Below are positions 43,718 to 55,250 of a stretch of DNA of 64,000 bases, piece by piece. A program made the position numbers and the translations under genes. The stretch lies in contig CAVSAC010000009.1 of the NCBI GenBank assembly GCA_963725865.1, positions 1 to 64,000 of the forward strand, in the 5' to 3' direction. The notes under the pieces were generated by a model that made no database searches, had not been told where the DNA came from, and was given only the letters and a program-made list of their open reading frames with translations. Position 1 is the stretch's first letter. The number at the start of each line of letters is the position of its first letter. Source of the stretch: Candidatus Eiseniibacteriota bacterium. Its GTDB lineage: Bacteria > Eisenbacteria > RBG-16-71-46.

Positions 43718-43819
43718 GACGCGGGATTCAATCACACCGGCGGCGGTGGGGCGAGGGCCGGGGGCGTCCGCGCGTTGACATCCACGCCGGCTGCCCACAC
43801 CCTGCGCCGTGGAATCGCC

Positions 43820-44801
43820 ATGGATACCCCACTTCTCGAAGTCGATCGCGTCTCCAAGCGCTTCGGCGACCTGCGGGCGGTCACGGAGCTCTCGTTCACG
43901 GTGCGCCGGGGCGAGGTCTTCGGCTTCCTGGGGCCGAACGGCGCCGGCAAGACCACCACGCTGCGCATGATCCTCGACATCACCCGCCCGGATGCGGGCG
44001 AGGTCCGCTTCGAGCGACGGCCCGGCATCGACCGCGCGCGCTCCGGCTACCTGCCCGAGGAACGCGGGCTGTTCGAGGACATGCCGGTGCTCGACACCCT
44101 GGTCTACCTCGGGGCGCTGCGCGGCATGAGCACGCGCGATGCGCGTGACGCGGCGCGGGCGTGGCTCGAGCGCGTCGGGCTCACCGACCGCGCTGCCGAG
44201 AAGGTGAACGCCCTCTCGAAGGGCAACCAGCAGAAGGTCCAGTTCGGCGGCGCCGTGATCCACCGCCCCGCGCTGGTGGTGCTCGACGAACCGTTCTCGG
44301 GGCTCGATCCGCTCAACCAGGACCTGTTCCTCGGCCTCATGCGCGAGCTGCGCGATGCCGGCACCGCGGTGCTGCTCTCGGCCCACCACCTCGACCTGGT
44401 CGAGCGCCTCGCGGACCGCTTCCTGCTGATCGCGCGCGGGCGCGCGCTGCTGGCGGGGACCCTGGAGGAGATCCGTCGCGCGGTGAGCGGTGGCAGCGGG
44501 GCGGCGCTCGTGATCGGAGCTGGCAGCGCGCGACGGCCAGGCCCCTTCCCGGGAGTCGCTCGCGGTCGCGCTCGACCGCGCCGCGCCGGGTGCGTCCTGG
44601 ACGTTGCATCACGACGAGCGCGGCGAGGCCGAGGTCGAGGTGCTGCTGCCGGAGGGCGCCGAGCTCAATGGTGTGCTCGGGGCGCTCGCCGAGCGCCACG
44701 TGCTGCACCGCGTCGAGTCGCGCCCGCTGCCGCTCCACGACCTCTATCTGCGCGCGGTGCGCGCGGACCTGGGCGCCGAGCCCGCGCAGGCGCCCCGATG
44801 A
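43820..44801 (+). CDS. ABC transporter ATP-binding protein (NatA/YhaQ-like; frameshift near 44520)
   Basis: [39 protein letters not shown]. Confidence 0.9.
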
Positions 44802-46016
44802 CCGGGCGCAGCGCCTGGGTCCCGGTCGCCCGCTGGGAGCTGTTCCGGATCCTGCGCCGGGCGGACTTCGTCGTCTCGGTGCTGCTCACCCCGCTCATCA
44901 CCCTCGGGGCGATCTGGCTCGGCGGCGCTCTGCGCGGCGGACCCGCGAAGGTGGCGGTGGTCTGGCTCGCGCCCTCCGGCGCGGCGCTCCCCGCCGCCGC
45001 ATCGCCAGCGCTGCCCGCGCGCGCCCGCGTGATCTGGCGCCCCGCGCCCGCGACCGGCGCCGATCGCGAGGCGCTCATGCGCGAGATCGTGGCGAAGCGT
45101 CTCGATGGCGCGGTCGTCGTGCCGTCCGGCTACGCCGGCGGCGACTCCATCGACGTGCTCTCACGCCGCGCCAGCCCACGCTGGGGACGCGAGGTCGGCT
45201 CCGCGCTGCTGGTGCGCGCGCACGAGGCGCGCGCCGCCGAGCTCGGGATCCCAGTCGCGGATCTCGAGGCGCTCGATCGTCCCCTCGCGCTGCGGGAGCG
45301 GACCGCGGTGGCGCCGCGCCCGGGCGGCACGCGCGCCGAGCGCGTCGCGGTGCTCGCGCTGCTGACCCTGATGATGGCGGTGCAATTCTCGACCATCTCG
45401 TATCTCATGATCGGGATCAGCGGCGAGAAGCAGGCCCGCGTCACCGAGGTGGTGGTCTCGGCGGTGCCGGCGCAGGCCTGGATGGACGGCAAGCTGGTCG
45501 CGTTCACCGTCGTCGGGCTCATCATGGCGGTGGTGTGGGCGGGCTCGGCGATCGCCGCCGCCGTGCTGCTCCGCCTGCCCCTGCCCGGTCTGGTGCGCCC
45601 GCTGCCGCTGCTCCTCACGCTGGCGTACACGACCCTCGGGCTCTACCTGTACAACGCGCTGTTCGCCGCGCTCATGGCCACCCTGCAGGGCCTCCAGTCC
45701 ACCGCCAAGTTCCAGGGTTACTTCTTCATGCTCCCGTTCGTCCCGTTCTTCTTCATCGGACCGCTCATGGAGGATCCGGATGCCGGCTGGATGGCGGTCC
45801 TCTCGCTGGTGCCGCTGTTCTCGTCGAGCCTGATCCCGGCGCGGCTCGCCTCGGGCACGGTGCCGGCATGGGAGGTCGGCGCTCGGACTGGCGCTGCTGG
45901 CGCTCGCGTGCTGGGGGATGCGCGGGGTGGCGGGGCGCATCTTCCGTGTCGGCATGCTGCTCTACGGCAAGGACGTCACGCTGCCCGAGATCGTGCGCTG
46001 GGGACGCGAGGGATGA
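44798..46016 (+). CDS. ABC transporter permease (NatB/YhaP-like; frameshift near 45885)
   Basis: EKQARVTEVVVS, MDGKL, LSLVPLFSS, IFRVGMLLYGK. Confidence 0.85.
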
Positions 46017-47369
<1,353 letters not shown>

Positions 47370-47406
47370 ACCTGCCGTCTTCCCCGAGCGGGCCTTCGCC
47401 GTCGCG

Positions 47407-48208
47407 CTAGCGGGGGGCGCCCGGCGCGGGCGGGCGCAGCGAGGCGGCGAACTGCGACTCGACCTCGCTCATGTCCTCGGCCGCGAAGTAGGCCACCACC
47501 TGCTCGCGCATCCCGGGCCGCGTGTACACGTCGGCCCGCGGGTGCTCGATCACGTCGGCGATCACCTCGGCCACCTCCTCGACCGGCTGCGCGCCGGGCA
47601 GCGCGCGCGAGTCGAGGCCGCCGCCGAGCGCGTTCACGCCGAACTCGGTCGCGACCACGCCCGGGCGACACGGTCGAGACGTGGATGTCCGGAGTGCTCG
47701 CGCAGCTCCATGCGCAGGTTCGCGGTGAGCGCGTTGAGCGCGTGCTTGGCGGCGCTGTAGGCCGAGCGGACGGCGCGAACGGCACGCGCCCGAGCATCGA
47801 CGAGACGTTGATGATGTGGCCGCGCGCCGCGCTCCTTGAAGTGCGGCAGCACGGCCTGCATGCCGTAGAGCGCGGACTTCACGTTGACGAGCATCATCTC
47901 GTCGAGGTCGTCGTCGGTGAGCTCCGAGACCGGGCGCGTGATGCCGCGCCCGGCGTTGTTGACCCACACGTCGATGCGGCCGAAGCGCGCGAGCGCCGCG
48001 TCGAGCGACGCGCTCCACGTCGGCGCGCCGCGTGACGTCGGCGACCACCGCCAGCGCATCGGGGCCCGACCGCGCCGCGACCGCGCGCAGCTCCGCCGCG
48101 CGGCGCGCGACCAGCACCGACGCGGGCGCCGCGGCTGCCCGCCAGCCGCGCCAGCGCCGCGCCGATGCCGGCGCTCGCGCCCGTGATGACGATGACCTTG
48201 TCCTTCAT
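47407..48208 (-). CDS. SDR family oxidoreductase (multiple frameshifts)
   Basis: [19 protein letters not shown]. Confidence 0.85.
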
Positions 48209-48368
48209 GTTCGGTGGTCCTCGGGGGTTGGAGACGGGGCGGGGATCCGGCGGCGTCCGCGTCCGCGGCGGACCCTCACGCGCGCGGCGTCACGTGCGGC
48301 GCCGCCGCAGGATACACCGGGGCGCCGGGAGGGTCGCTTCCCCGTCGGCCACCGGCCGCTCCGGCGAC

Positions 48369-48396
48369 GGAGGCCCGGGCGGATGCCCGGGCCTCC
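48369..48396. terminator. 12-bp stem-loop downstream of the cytochrome-porin gene
   Basis: GGAGGCCCGGGC-GGAT-GCCCGGGCCTCC. Confidence 0.5.
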
Positions 48397-48421
48397 ATGA
48401 CGCCGCGCGGTGCGCGAGGGC

Positions 48422-49627
48422 TCAGTAGCCGACCCAGGCGAACAGCTGCACCTGGTCGCTGATCGGGCCGCGGATGTTGTCCGAGCCGTGCGCCCAGTCG
48501 AGGCCGAAGCGCGCGTTCGGATTGACGTAGTAGGCCAGGTTCACCGTGCCGAGGCTGAGGTCTTGCACGCTGGTCGCGCCGTGCGACTTCGGCACGTACT
48601 CGTGCTCGTAGCGCGCGGTCAGCACCCAGCGCGAGTCCTTGTCGAGCAGGCAGGTGGCTTCGAGCATCCCGATGTGCGAGACGTCCGAGACGCCGTCCGG
48701 CTGGTCCTGGAGCTTGTCGTAGGTGTACCCCGGGATGAGCACCACGCGCCCGCGGTCGATGTACGCGCTGAGATCGCCCTGCACGTGCTGCGAGGACGTG
48801 CCGTCGAGCGTGCGCGGATCCTGGCGGTCGAGGTAGACGCGCGCCGTGTACATGTAGGCGCCCGCCTCGCGCATCACCCAGAGGTAGACGTTCTCGAGCT
48901 GGTTGAAGTTCTTCGTGTCCGGCCGGTGGACCAGCACGCTGTCGAAGCTGCGGCTGCTGTTGATGAGCCCGAGCGCGTACGACCAGTCCGACTTCACGCC
49001 GTTGAGCTCGAATCCCGCCGCCCCCAGCGTGACGCGGTCGTTCAGGTAGCCGGTCAGCGTGGTCTTGCGCGAGTCGGCGAGGTACGGGATGTCGGCGTCG
49101 TAGATGCCGGCCTTGACGTTGAGCGCGCCGTCCTTGCTGACGTCGTCGAGCTGCACGAACGCCATGCCGCTCTGCAGCGGACCCCCCGCGCCGGCGAAGT
49201 TGTTGTCGAAGTGGAACGAGACGCGCTCGGCCAGCGTGCCGGCGGTGTGGAACTCCACCTGGTTCTGCTGGAAGCCGCCCACCGTGCTGCGCTCGCGCGA
49301 TGACCCGCCGACGTCGGTCGCGGTGGAGTTCATCGCGTAGCCCACGTTGCCCACCAGCGAGATCGGGAACGCCTTGTTGGTGCTGTCCCACGGGGAGCTG
49401 CCCGGGTCGCCTACCATGCGGTAGCCGTTCTGCTTGAAGTGCATGCCGAAGACGTTGAGGCGCGGCGCCGCGAGGTGACACGAGGAGCAGGGCATGCCGT
49501 ACCGGCGTGCGAACAGCGGCAGCGCCGAGGACGGCGGGGCGAGCGCGGCGAGCGCGGTGAGGGCGAGTACGCTCGCGACCAGGGACGGGAATGCGCGTGT
49601 TCGGACCATTTCGCGTACCCACGACAT
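48422..49627 (-). CDS. cyc2: Cyc2-like fused monoheme cytochrome c / outer-membrane beta-barrel porin
   Basis: Signal peptide, then ALPLFARRYGMPCSSCHLAAPRLNVFGMHFKQNGY; amphipathic beta strands; C-terminal aromatic residue (FAWVGY); GGAGGAG RBS. Confidence 0.7.
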   Translation of the reverse strand: MSWVREMVRTRAFPSLVASVLALTALAALAPPSSALPLFARRYGMPCSSCHLAAPRLNVFGMHFKQNGYRMVGDPGSSPWDSTNKAFPISLVGNVGYAMNSTATDVGGSSRERSTVGGFQQNQVEFHTAGTLAERVSFHFDNNFAGAGGPLQSGMAFVQLDDVSKDGALNVKAGIYDADIPYLADSRKTTLTGYLNDRVTLGAAGFELNGVKSDWSYALGLINSSRSFDSVLVHRPDTKNFNQLENVYLWVMREAGAYMYTARVYLDRQDPRTLDGTSSQHVQGDLSAYIDRGRVVLIPGYTYDKLQDQPDGVSDVSHIGMLEATCLLDKDSRWVLTARYEHEYVPKSHGATSVQDLSLGTVNLAYYVNPNARFGLDWAHGSDNIRGPISDQVQLFAWVGY

Positions 49628-49805
49628 CGGGAGACTCCTCCGGACTATGGTGGAGTGTGGCCGGAGGGCGTGGAGGATCGATGGGGCCACCCACTCGCGC
49701 GGACCGGTCGCGAAGACCGCGGCCAGAGTGTTGTCGGAAACCGAACAGGCGGAGACTCAGCAGGCTGTCGCGCACCGGCGGTGATCGGTCTCGCAGCCGC
49801 CCCGC

Positions 49806-50062
49806 TCAACCGCGCGCCAGCCGCCAGTCCTTGACCAGACGCTCGACCATGGCCTCGATGCGGCGCGCGCGCGTCTCGGGGCGCTTGGCGTCGGTGATGT
49901 AGCGCACCAGCTGGCGGCGGTGGGAGGCGGCCATGCGGTGAACATCGCCTTCGCCGGCTTGGAGCCGCGCAGCGCCCGCGCCAGGTCGGCCGGCACGTAC
50001 ACCCGGGGCGGCCGCCCCGCGGCGGGGCGCCGCTGGCCCGCCGATCTCGCTTTCGTCGCCAT
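49806..50062 (-). CDS. YdeI/OmpD-associated family protein (frameshift near 49930)
   Basis: VPADLARAL..PSHRRQLVRYITDAKRPETRARRI. Confidence 0.8.
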
Positions 50063-50082
50063 CGTCTCTCCGCGTGAGGGGT

Positions 50083-50487
50083 TCAGCGGTTCGCCACCCG
50101 GACCACCAGCTTCAGCGCGCTGAGGCGCTCGTCGAACGCGATCACCTTGATGTCCACCATGCCCAGCGCCAGCGCGGCGGCGCGCACCACGTCTTCCTTG
50201 ATGTGCGGCTGGCCCTTGGGCCAGACCGCCCACACCGCCGCGTCGCGACGCAGGGTCTTCTCGATGGTGGCGAGGCGTCGCAGCCCCGCGGGGCTCTCCA
50301 CCATCAGGAACACCAGGTCGGTCTCGCGCCGCACCCGGGCGGTCGCGATGTCGGCGGCGCGCGTCTGCAGCTCGGCGACGAAGCCGGGATCCATCAGCCC
50401 GAGCACCGCGACGCGCGCGCCGGGCTTGACGCCCAGCTTGTCGAGGCGGCTGCGCTTCGAGTAGCCCGCGGGCGGCGCGGGACTCAT
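50083..50487 (-). CDS. DUF3052 family protein
   Basis: AGYSKRSRLDKLGVKPG, VWAVWPK, GMVDIKVIAFD..SALKLV. Confidence 0.8.
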   Translation of the reverse strand: MSPAPPAGYSKRSRLDKLGVKPGARVAVLGLMDPGFVAELQTRAADIATARVRRETDLVFLMVESPAGLRRLATIEKTLRRDAAVWAVWPKGQPHIKEDVVRAAALALGMVDIKVIAFDERLSALKLVVRVANR

Positions 50488-50674
50488 CGCGCGCACCCGG
50501 CGCCAGCGCCGCTCCGCGCGATCGCCGTCGGAGGCGAGCAGGCGATCCGACCGCGACCGCGGTGCGTGGTCGTACGACCCACCATGACCGGTGCGACAGG
50601 TTCCATGCCCTACGGAGTATCAGATGGCGGCGCTGGAATCCACACAAGGTTGCATCGGCGTCGCGGAAAGACGC

Positions 50675-51958
50675 TCACGCGCCGTGGCGCGCGAGTGAAC
50701 GTGCGAGCGGCGCGCGCAGCCGGGCGGGCGTCACGCGGCCGAGCGTGACGCGCGGGGTGCCACCCGCCGCGGCCAGCGAGGCGAGCGCGTCGGCGAGGCC
50801 GTCGAGGGCGGCGTCCACGTCGAGCGCGCCCCAGCGACGGTGCGGCGTGCCGGCGCCATCCCCCAGCCAGGGCTCGAAGCGCACCCGGCGCGCCTCGAGC
50901 CGGCCGGTCTCGCGCACCCGGCGCACGTCGACGCGCCCGATCAGCCGGCCGTCGTGGAGCACCGGCAGCACGTAGTAGCCGAACACCCGCTTCGGCTCGG
51001 GCACGTACACCTCGATGCGGTAGTCGAAGCCGAACAGCCGGCTGACGCGGTCCCGGTGCCACAGCAGCGAGTCGAACGGCGACAGCAGCGTGGTGCCGCG
51101 CGAGGCCACGCGCCGCCGCGCGGCGCGCTCGAGCGCCGGCAGGTCGCGCGTCAGCACGAACCACGGCCCGCGCGCGCCCTCGACCGCGATCTCGTTCACC
51201 AGGCCCTCGCGCACCGCGGCCCGCAGCGCGGCGTGGTGGGTGGCCACCGGCACGCGCGGGTAGGTCAGGTAGAGGCGCAGGTCGGTCGCGGTCGCCGCGC
51301 CCATGGCGTGGAGCGAGCGCTCGAGGTGCCAGCGCCGGAACGCGGCGGGCTCGAGCGGCTCGAGCGCGGCCAGCTCCGGAAGCACCCGCTCGGCGACGTC
51401 GTAGCGCTTGTGGAAGTTGGCGCGCGAGTGCACCAGCACCCGGCCGCGCATCCACAGCACGTGGAGCGCGTGCTGGGCCGGCTTCCAGTCCCACCAGCCG
51501 CCCGCCGCCGCCGGCCGGGCGTGCTCGAAGTCCGCGCTGGCGAGCGGGCCGCGGTCGCGGATCGCGTCCTCGACCACGCGCATGGTCGCGCCGTTCTGCT
51601 GCAGCCACGAGGTCCAGCCGGTGCTGTGGCCGCCGTAGTCGAGCATGGCGCGCTTCCACGCCGGCAGGTGCTCGCGCGGCACCAGGCAGGCGGCGTGGGC
51701 CCAGTACTCGAGCAGCACGCGGCGGCGGTAGATCAGGCGCTCGAGCGCGGCGCGGTCGAAAGCGCCGAAGCGGCTCCACAGCGTGATGAGGTGCGCGCGG
51801 TCGACGGCGTTGATGGAGTCGATCTGGATGCCGCCGGTGTCGCGGGCGAGGCGCTCCAGCGAGGCGGCGGTGAGCCGGCGCGTGCGCGGCCGGTCGAGGT
51901 GCTGGCGCTCGAGGAACAGCGCGGCCACGGCGGAGCGGGGAAAGGTGGGCGGGGTCAC
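50675..51958 (-). CDS. YcaQ/AlkZ family crosslink-repair DNA glycosylase
   Basis: [70 protein letters not shown]. Confidence 0.9.
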   Translation of the reverse strand: MTPPTFPRSAVAALFLERQHLDRPRTRRLTAASLERLARDTGGIQIDSINAVDRAHLITLWSRFGAFDRAALERLIYRRRVLLEYWAHAACLVPREHLPAWKRAMLDYGGHSTGWTSWLQQNGATMRVVEDAIRDRGPLASADFEHARPAAAGGWWDWKPAQHALHVLWMRGRVLVHSRANFHKRYDVAERVLPELAALEPLEPAAFRRWHLERSLHAMGAATATDLRLYLTYPRVPVATHHAALRAAVREGLVNEIAVEGARGPWFVLTRDLPALERAARRRVASRGTTLLSPFDSLLWHRDRVSRLFGFDYRIEVYVPEPKRVFGYYVLPVLHDGRLIGRVDVRRVRETGRLEARRVRFEPWLGDGAGTPHRRWGALDVDAALDGLADALASLAAAGGTPRVTLGRVTPARLRAPLARSLARHGA

Positions 51959-52236
51959 GTCGCCAGCCTGCCCGCTCGCGCGTCCGCCCGCAAGCGCCTG
52001 GGAGAGCGGCCGCGGCGCGCCCCGGCGCCCCGCGCGTCGCCGCCGTGGCCGGCGCCGGTCGCGGACGCACCGACCCGCGCCCGGATCCTTCACCCAGCGC
52101 CGTGTCTCCCTCGGGGTGGAACCACACCACGGAGCGCGGCGCCCGCGCCCCCGCGGGCCGGCCGCCGCGTCGTCGTACGGAGTCCCCCGACTCCCGCGGC
52201 CCCACGCGCGCCCGAGCGATCGGGCGCGCGTCGTGC

Positions 52237-53656
52237 TCAGTGCCCGGCGCCGGCGCGCGGCGGCGGGTATGCGCGCGCAAGCACGTCCACCAGGTGCACC
52301 ATGCGCACGCGCGAGCCGCGCTCGCTGGCGCCGCGCTGCATGTGGAGCAGGCAGCCCGGGTTCGACGCCACCACCACCTCGGGGGCCACGCGCTCGATCG
52401 AGTCGAGCTTCCGGCGCAGCTGCGCGTCGGCCATCGGCGGCGTGCGTGAGGTTGTAGACGCCGGCGCTGCCGCAGCACCAGTCGCTGTTCGGCAGGTCCA
52501 CCAGCACCACGCCGGGCAGGGCGCGCAGCAGCGGGCGCGGCGCCTCGCGCACGCGCTGCGCGTGCGCGAGGTGGCAGGGGTCGTGATAGCCGACGCGCAG
52601 CGGCTGGCGCCGGATCGTGCGCCGACGACAGCGGCGCGCGCGGCCGGGCAGCCCGAGCTGCGACCAGCACCTCGGAGACGTCGCGCACCTGCGCCGAGAA
52701 CGCCCGGCCTCCGTCGCCGCCGTCCTCGCCGAGCAGGTGGCCCATCTCGCGCAGCGCCGCGCCGCAGCCGGCGGAGTGCGACACCACGAAGTCGTAGCGC
52801 CCGGCGCGAACGCGCGCACGTTGCGGCGCGCCAGCGTCTTGGCCTCGTCGCGCGCCCGGCGTGCGCGTGCAGCGCGCCGCAGCAGCTCTGCGTCGCGCGG
52901 CCACGTGCACCTCGGCGCCGGCCAGCACCAGCAGCCGCACCGCCTCGTGGTTGGAGTGCGCGAACATCGTCTCCATGACGCACGTCGTGAAGAACGCCGA
53001 CGCGCGCCCGGGCGCGGCCGGCGGGATGGAAGACCAGCGCGTCGGCGCGCTGCTCCATGCGGCGCCCCCGCGGGCAGCGCCGCCGCCACGCGCTCGAGCG
53101 CGCGCTCGGCGCGCGGGGCGATCGCCGGCGTCATCGCGAGGCCGCGGCGCGCGAAGCCCGGCAGCAGCCCGCGCGCGCCGGCGAAGCGCGTGACGCGCCG
53201 AGCGGCCCGGTCTGCGTCAGGCGCAGCAGGTCGGCGGCCAGGTGCATGCGCTCGCGGTCGGGGAACAGCGTGCGCAGCACCCACGAGCCCAGCACCCGCG
53301 CCGGCGCTGACGGCCGCACCCGGCGCTCGATCTGGCCGCGCGTGGCCTCGAGCATGCGCGCAGTAGGGCACGCCCGCCGGGCACACGGTCTCGCACGCGC
53401 GGCAGTCGAGGCAGTGGTCGAGGTGCGCCACCAGCGGATCGCTGGGCGCGATGCGGCCCTCGGCGAGGCCGCGCATCAGGTAGATGCGCCCGCGCGGCGA
53501 GTCGGGCTCGATCTTGAGCGTGCGGTAGGTCGGGCACGCGGTCAGGCACAGGCCGCAGTGGATGCAGGTGTCGAGGTCGAGGCGCGCCGGCGCGTCGTCG
53601 GCGTCGAACCAGGCGCCGGACGTGCGGCGGCGCGTCGGGTGCGGAGGGGTGCTCAC
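52237..53656 (-). CDS. GlcF-like Fe-S oxidoreductase (two 4Fe-4S motifs plus CCG domains; frameshifted)
   Basis: [60 protein letters not shown]. Confidence 0.85.
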
Positions 53657-53757
53657 GCGTGGCAGGATAACAGAGCCGCCCGACGCACCGCGGGCGGCCC
53701 ATGCTGGCGCCGCCCGCGGCTCTCCGGGTACGAGCGGAGAGGACGACTCGCTCGGGA

Positions 53758-54217
53758 TCACGTCGAGTCGTCGACATCGAAAGGACGAGGATGATGGTAG
53801 CGCCGCCGTCCGCGGGCGACACGCCGGTTCTGCGCCGTGGACCGGCGCCTGCGTCGTCCTGCCGAGGTGGAAGCGGTGCAGGACGCGGTGCAGCACCGGG
53901 GCGAGCAGCACGCCGACGCTGGCGAGCAGCACGACGCCGCTGTAGAGCGCGTAGGCCGAGGCGAACACCTTTCGCCGCCGGCGGTCGGTGCGGGCGTCCA
54001 CCGGGCCCATGCCGCCCAGGATCATCGAGGCGTTGTAGAGGCAGTCCACCCACGAGAGCCCGCCGATGACCCGGTAGCCGACGACGCCGATCGCGAGCGA
54101 GACGCCGAGGATGAGCGCGCCGACCACCGCGCTGCGCAGCACGCGCGCGCGGAACACCTGCAGGGGCGCGAGCGGCTCGTGGTGGCGTTCGAACTGCATC
54201 GGGTGCGTCCGCTTCAT
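53758..54217 (-). CDS. Small two-TM membrane protein with an ion-channel-like layout; 3' end uncertain
   Basis: [54 protein letters not shown]; no in-frame stop after the conserved part, so the end given is a nearby out-of-frame stop. Confidence 0.6.
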
Positions 54218-55249
54218 GGCACCAGCACCACCTTTCCGAAGTGCTCGCGCGCTCGATGCGCTCGTGCGCCGCGCGCGCGTCGGCGAGCGGCATCACGCGA
54301 TCGACGACCGGCTCGAGCCGCCGTCGGCGACGAAGCGCAGCACCTCGACGAGGTCGCGGCGCGTGCCCATCCACGAGCCCATCAGCGTGAGGTGGCGGCC
54401 GAACAGCACGTTCACGCTCGAGCTTCACGTCGGCGCCGATGGTGGCGCCGCAGGTGACGAGCCGGCCGTCGCGCGCCAGCGCGGCGAACGCCTGCTCGAA
54501 CACCGCGCCGCCGACGTGCTCGAACACGACCTCGACGCCCTTCCTGCCGGTGAGCGCGCGCGCCGCGCGCGGCGATGTCCTCGCCCGCGTGGTCGACCAC
54601 GTCGTGGGCGCCGAGCGCCCGCGCCTGCTCGAGCTTCGCGGCGCTGCCGGCGGTGGCGATGACGCGCGCGCCGAGCAGGCGCGCGATCTGGATCGCGGCG
54701 CTGCCCACGCCGCTGCCGGCGCCGATCACCAGCACGTCCTCGCCGGCGCGCACCTGCGCGCGCGCGACCAGCATGTGCCACGCGGTCAGGAACACCAGCG
54801 GCACCGCCGCGGCCTGCTCCCACGGCAGCGCGCCCGGGTAACGGGAGGCAGGTTCGCGCCCGGCACCGCCACGAGCTCGGCGTAGCCGCCGTTGCGCCGG
54901 CGCGCCGAGCACGTCGTGGTGCCGGCACAGGTTGTCGTCGCCGGCCACGCACGCCTCGCACGCGCCGCACGACAGCGTGGGTGCACCAGCCGCGGTCGCC
55001 CACCTTCGCGTGCCGCACGCCGGCGCCGACCGCGGCCACCTCGCCCACCACGTCGCTGCCGAGGATGTGCGGCATCTCGGGCTCCAGCCCCGGCAGGCCG
55101 CGACGCACCCACAGGTCGAGGTGGTTGATGCCGCACGCCTTGACCTCGACCACCGCCTCGTCCGCCGCGCAGGCGGGCTCGGCCACCTCGCGCGACTCCA
55201 GCACCTCGGGACCGCCGTAGCGGTCGAAGACGATCGCGCGCATCGTCAC
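54214..55249 (-). CDS. Zinc-binding alcohol dehydrogenase / quinone oxidoreductase family (frameshifted)
   Basis: [52 protein letters not shown]. Confidence 0.85.
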
Positions 55250-55250
55250 C

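Noticed and set aside
49628..49805. Possible riboswitch upstream of the Cyc2-like gene
   Set aside because: No recognisable consensus by eye; an Rfam/Infernal scan would be needed.
50675..54217. Apparent 1180-aa fusion of a membrane protein, a Fe-S domain and a YcaQ glycosylase
   Set aside because: Chance open frame crossing three separate genes and intergenic DNA, helped by indels.
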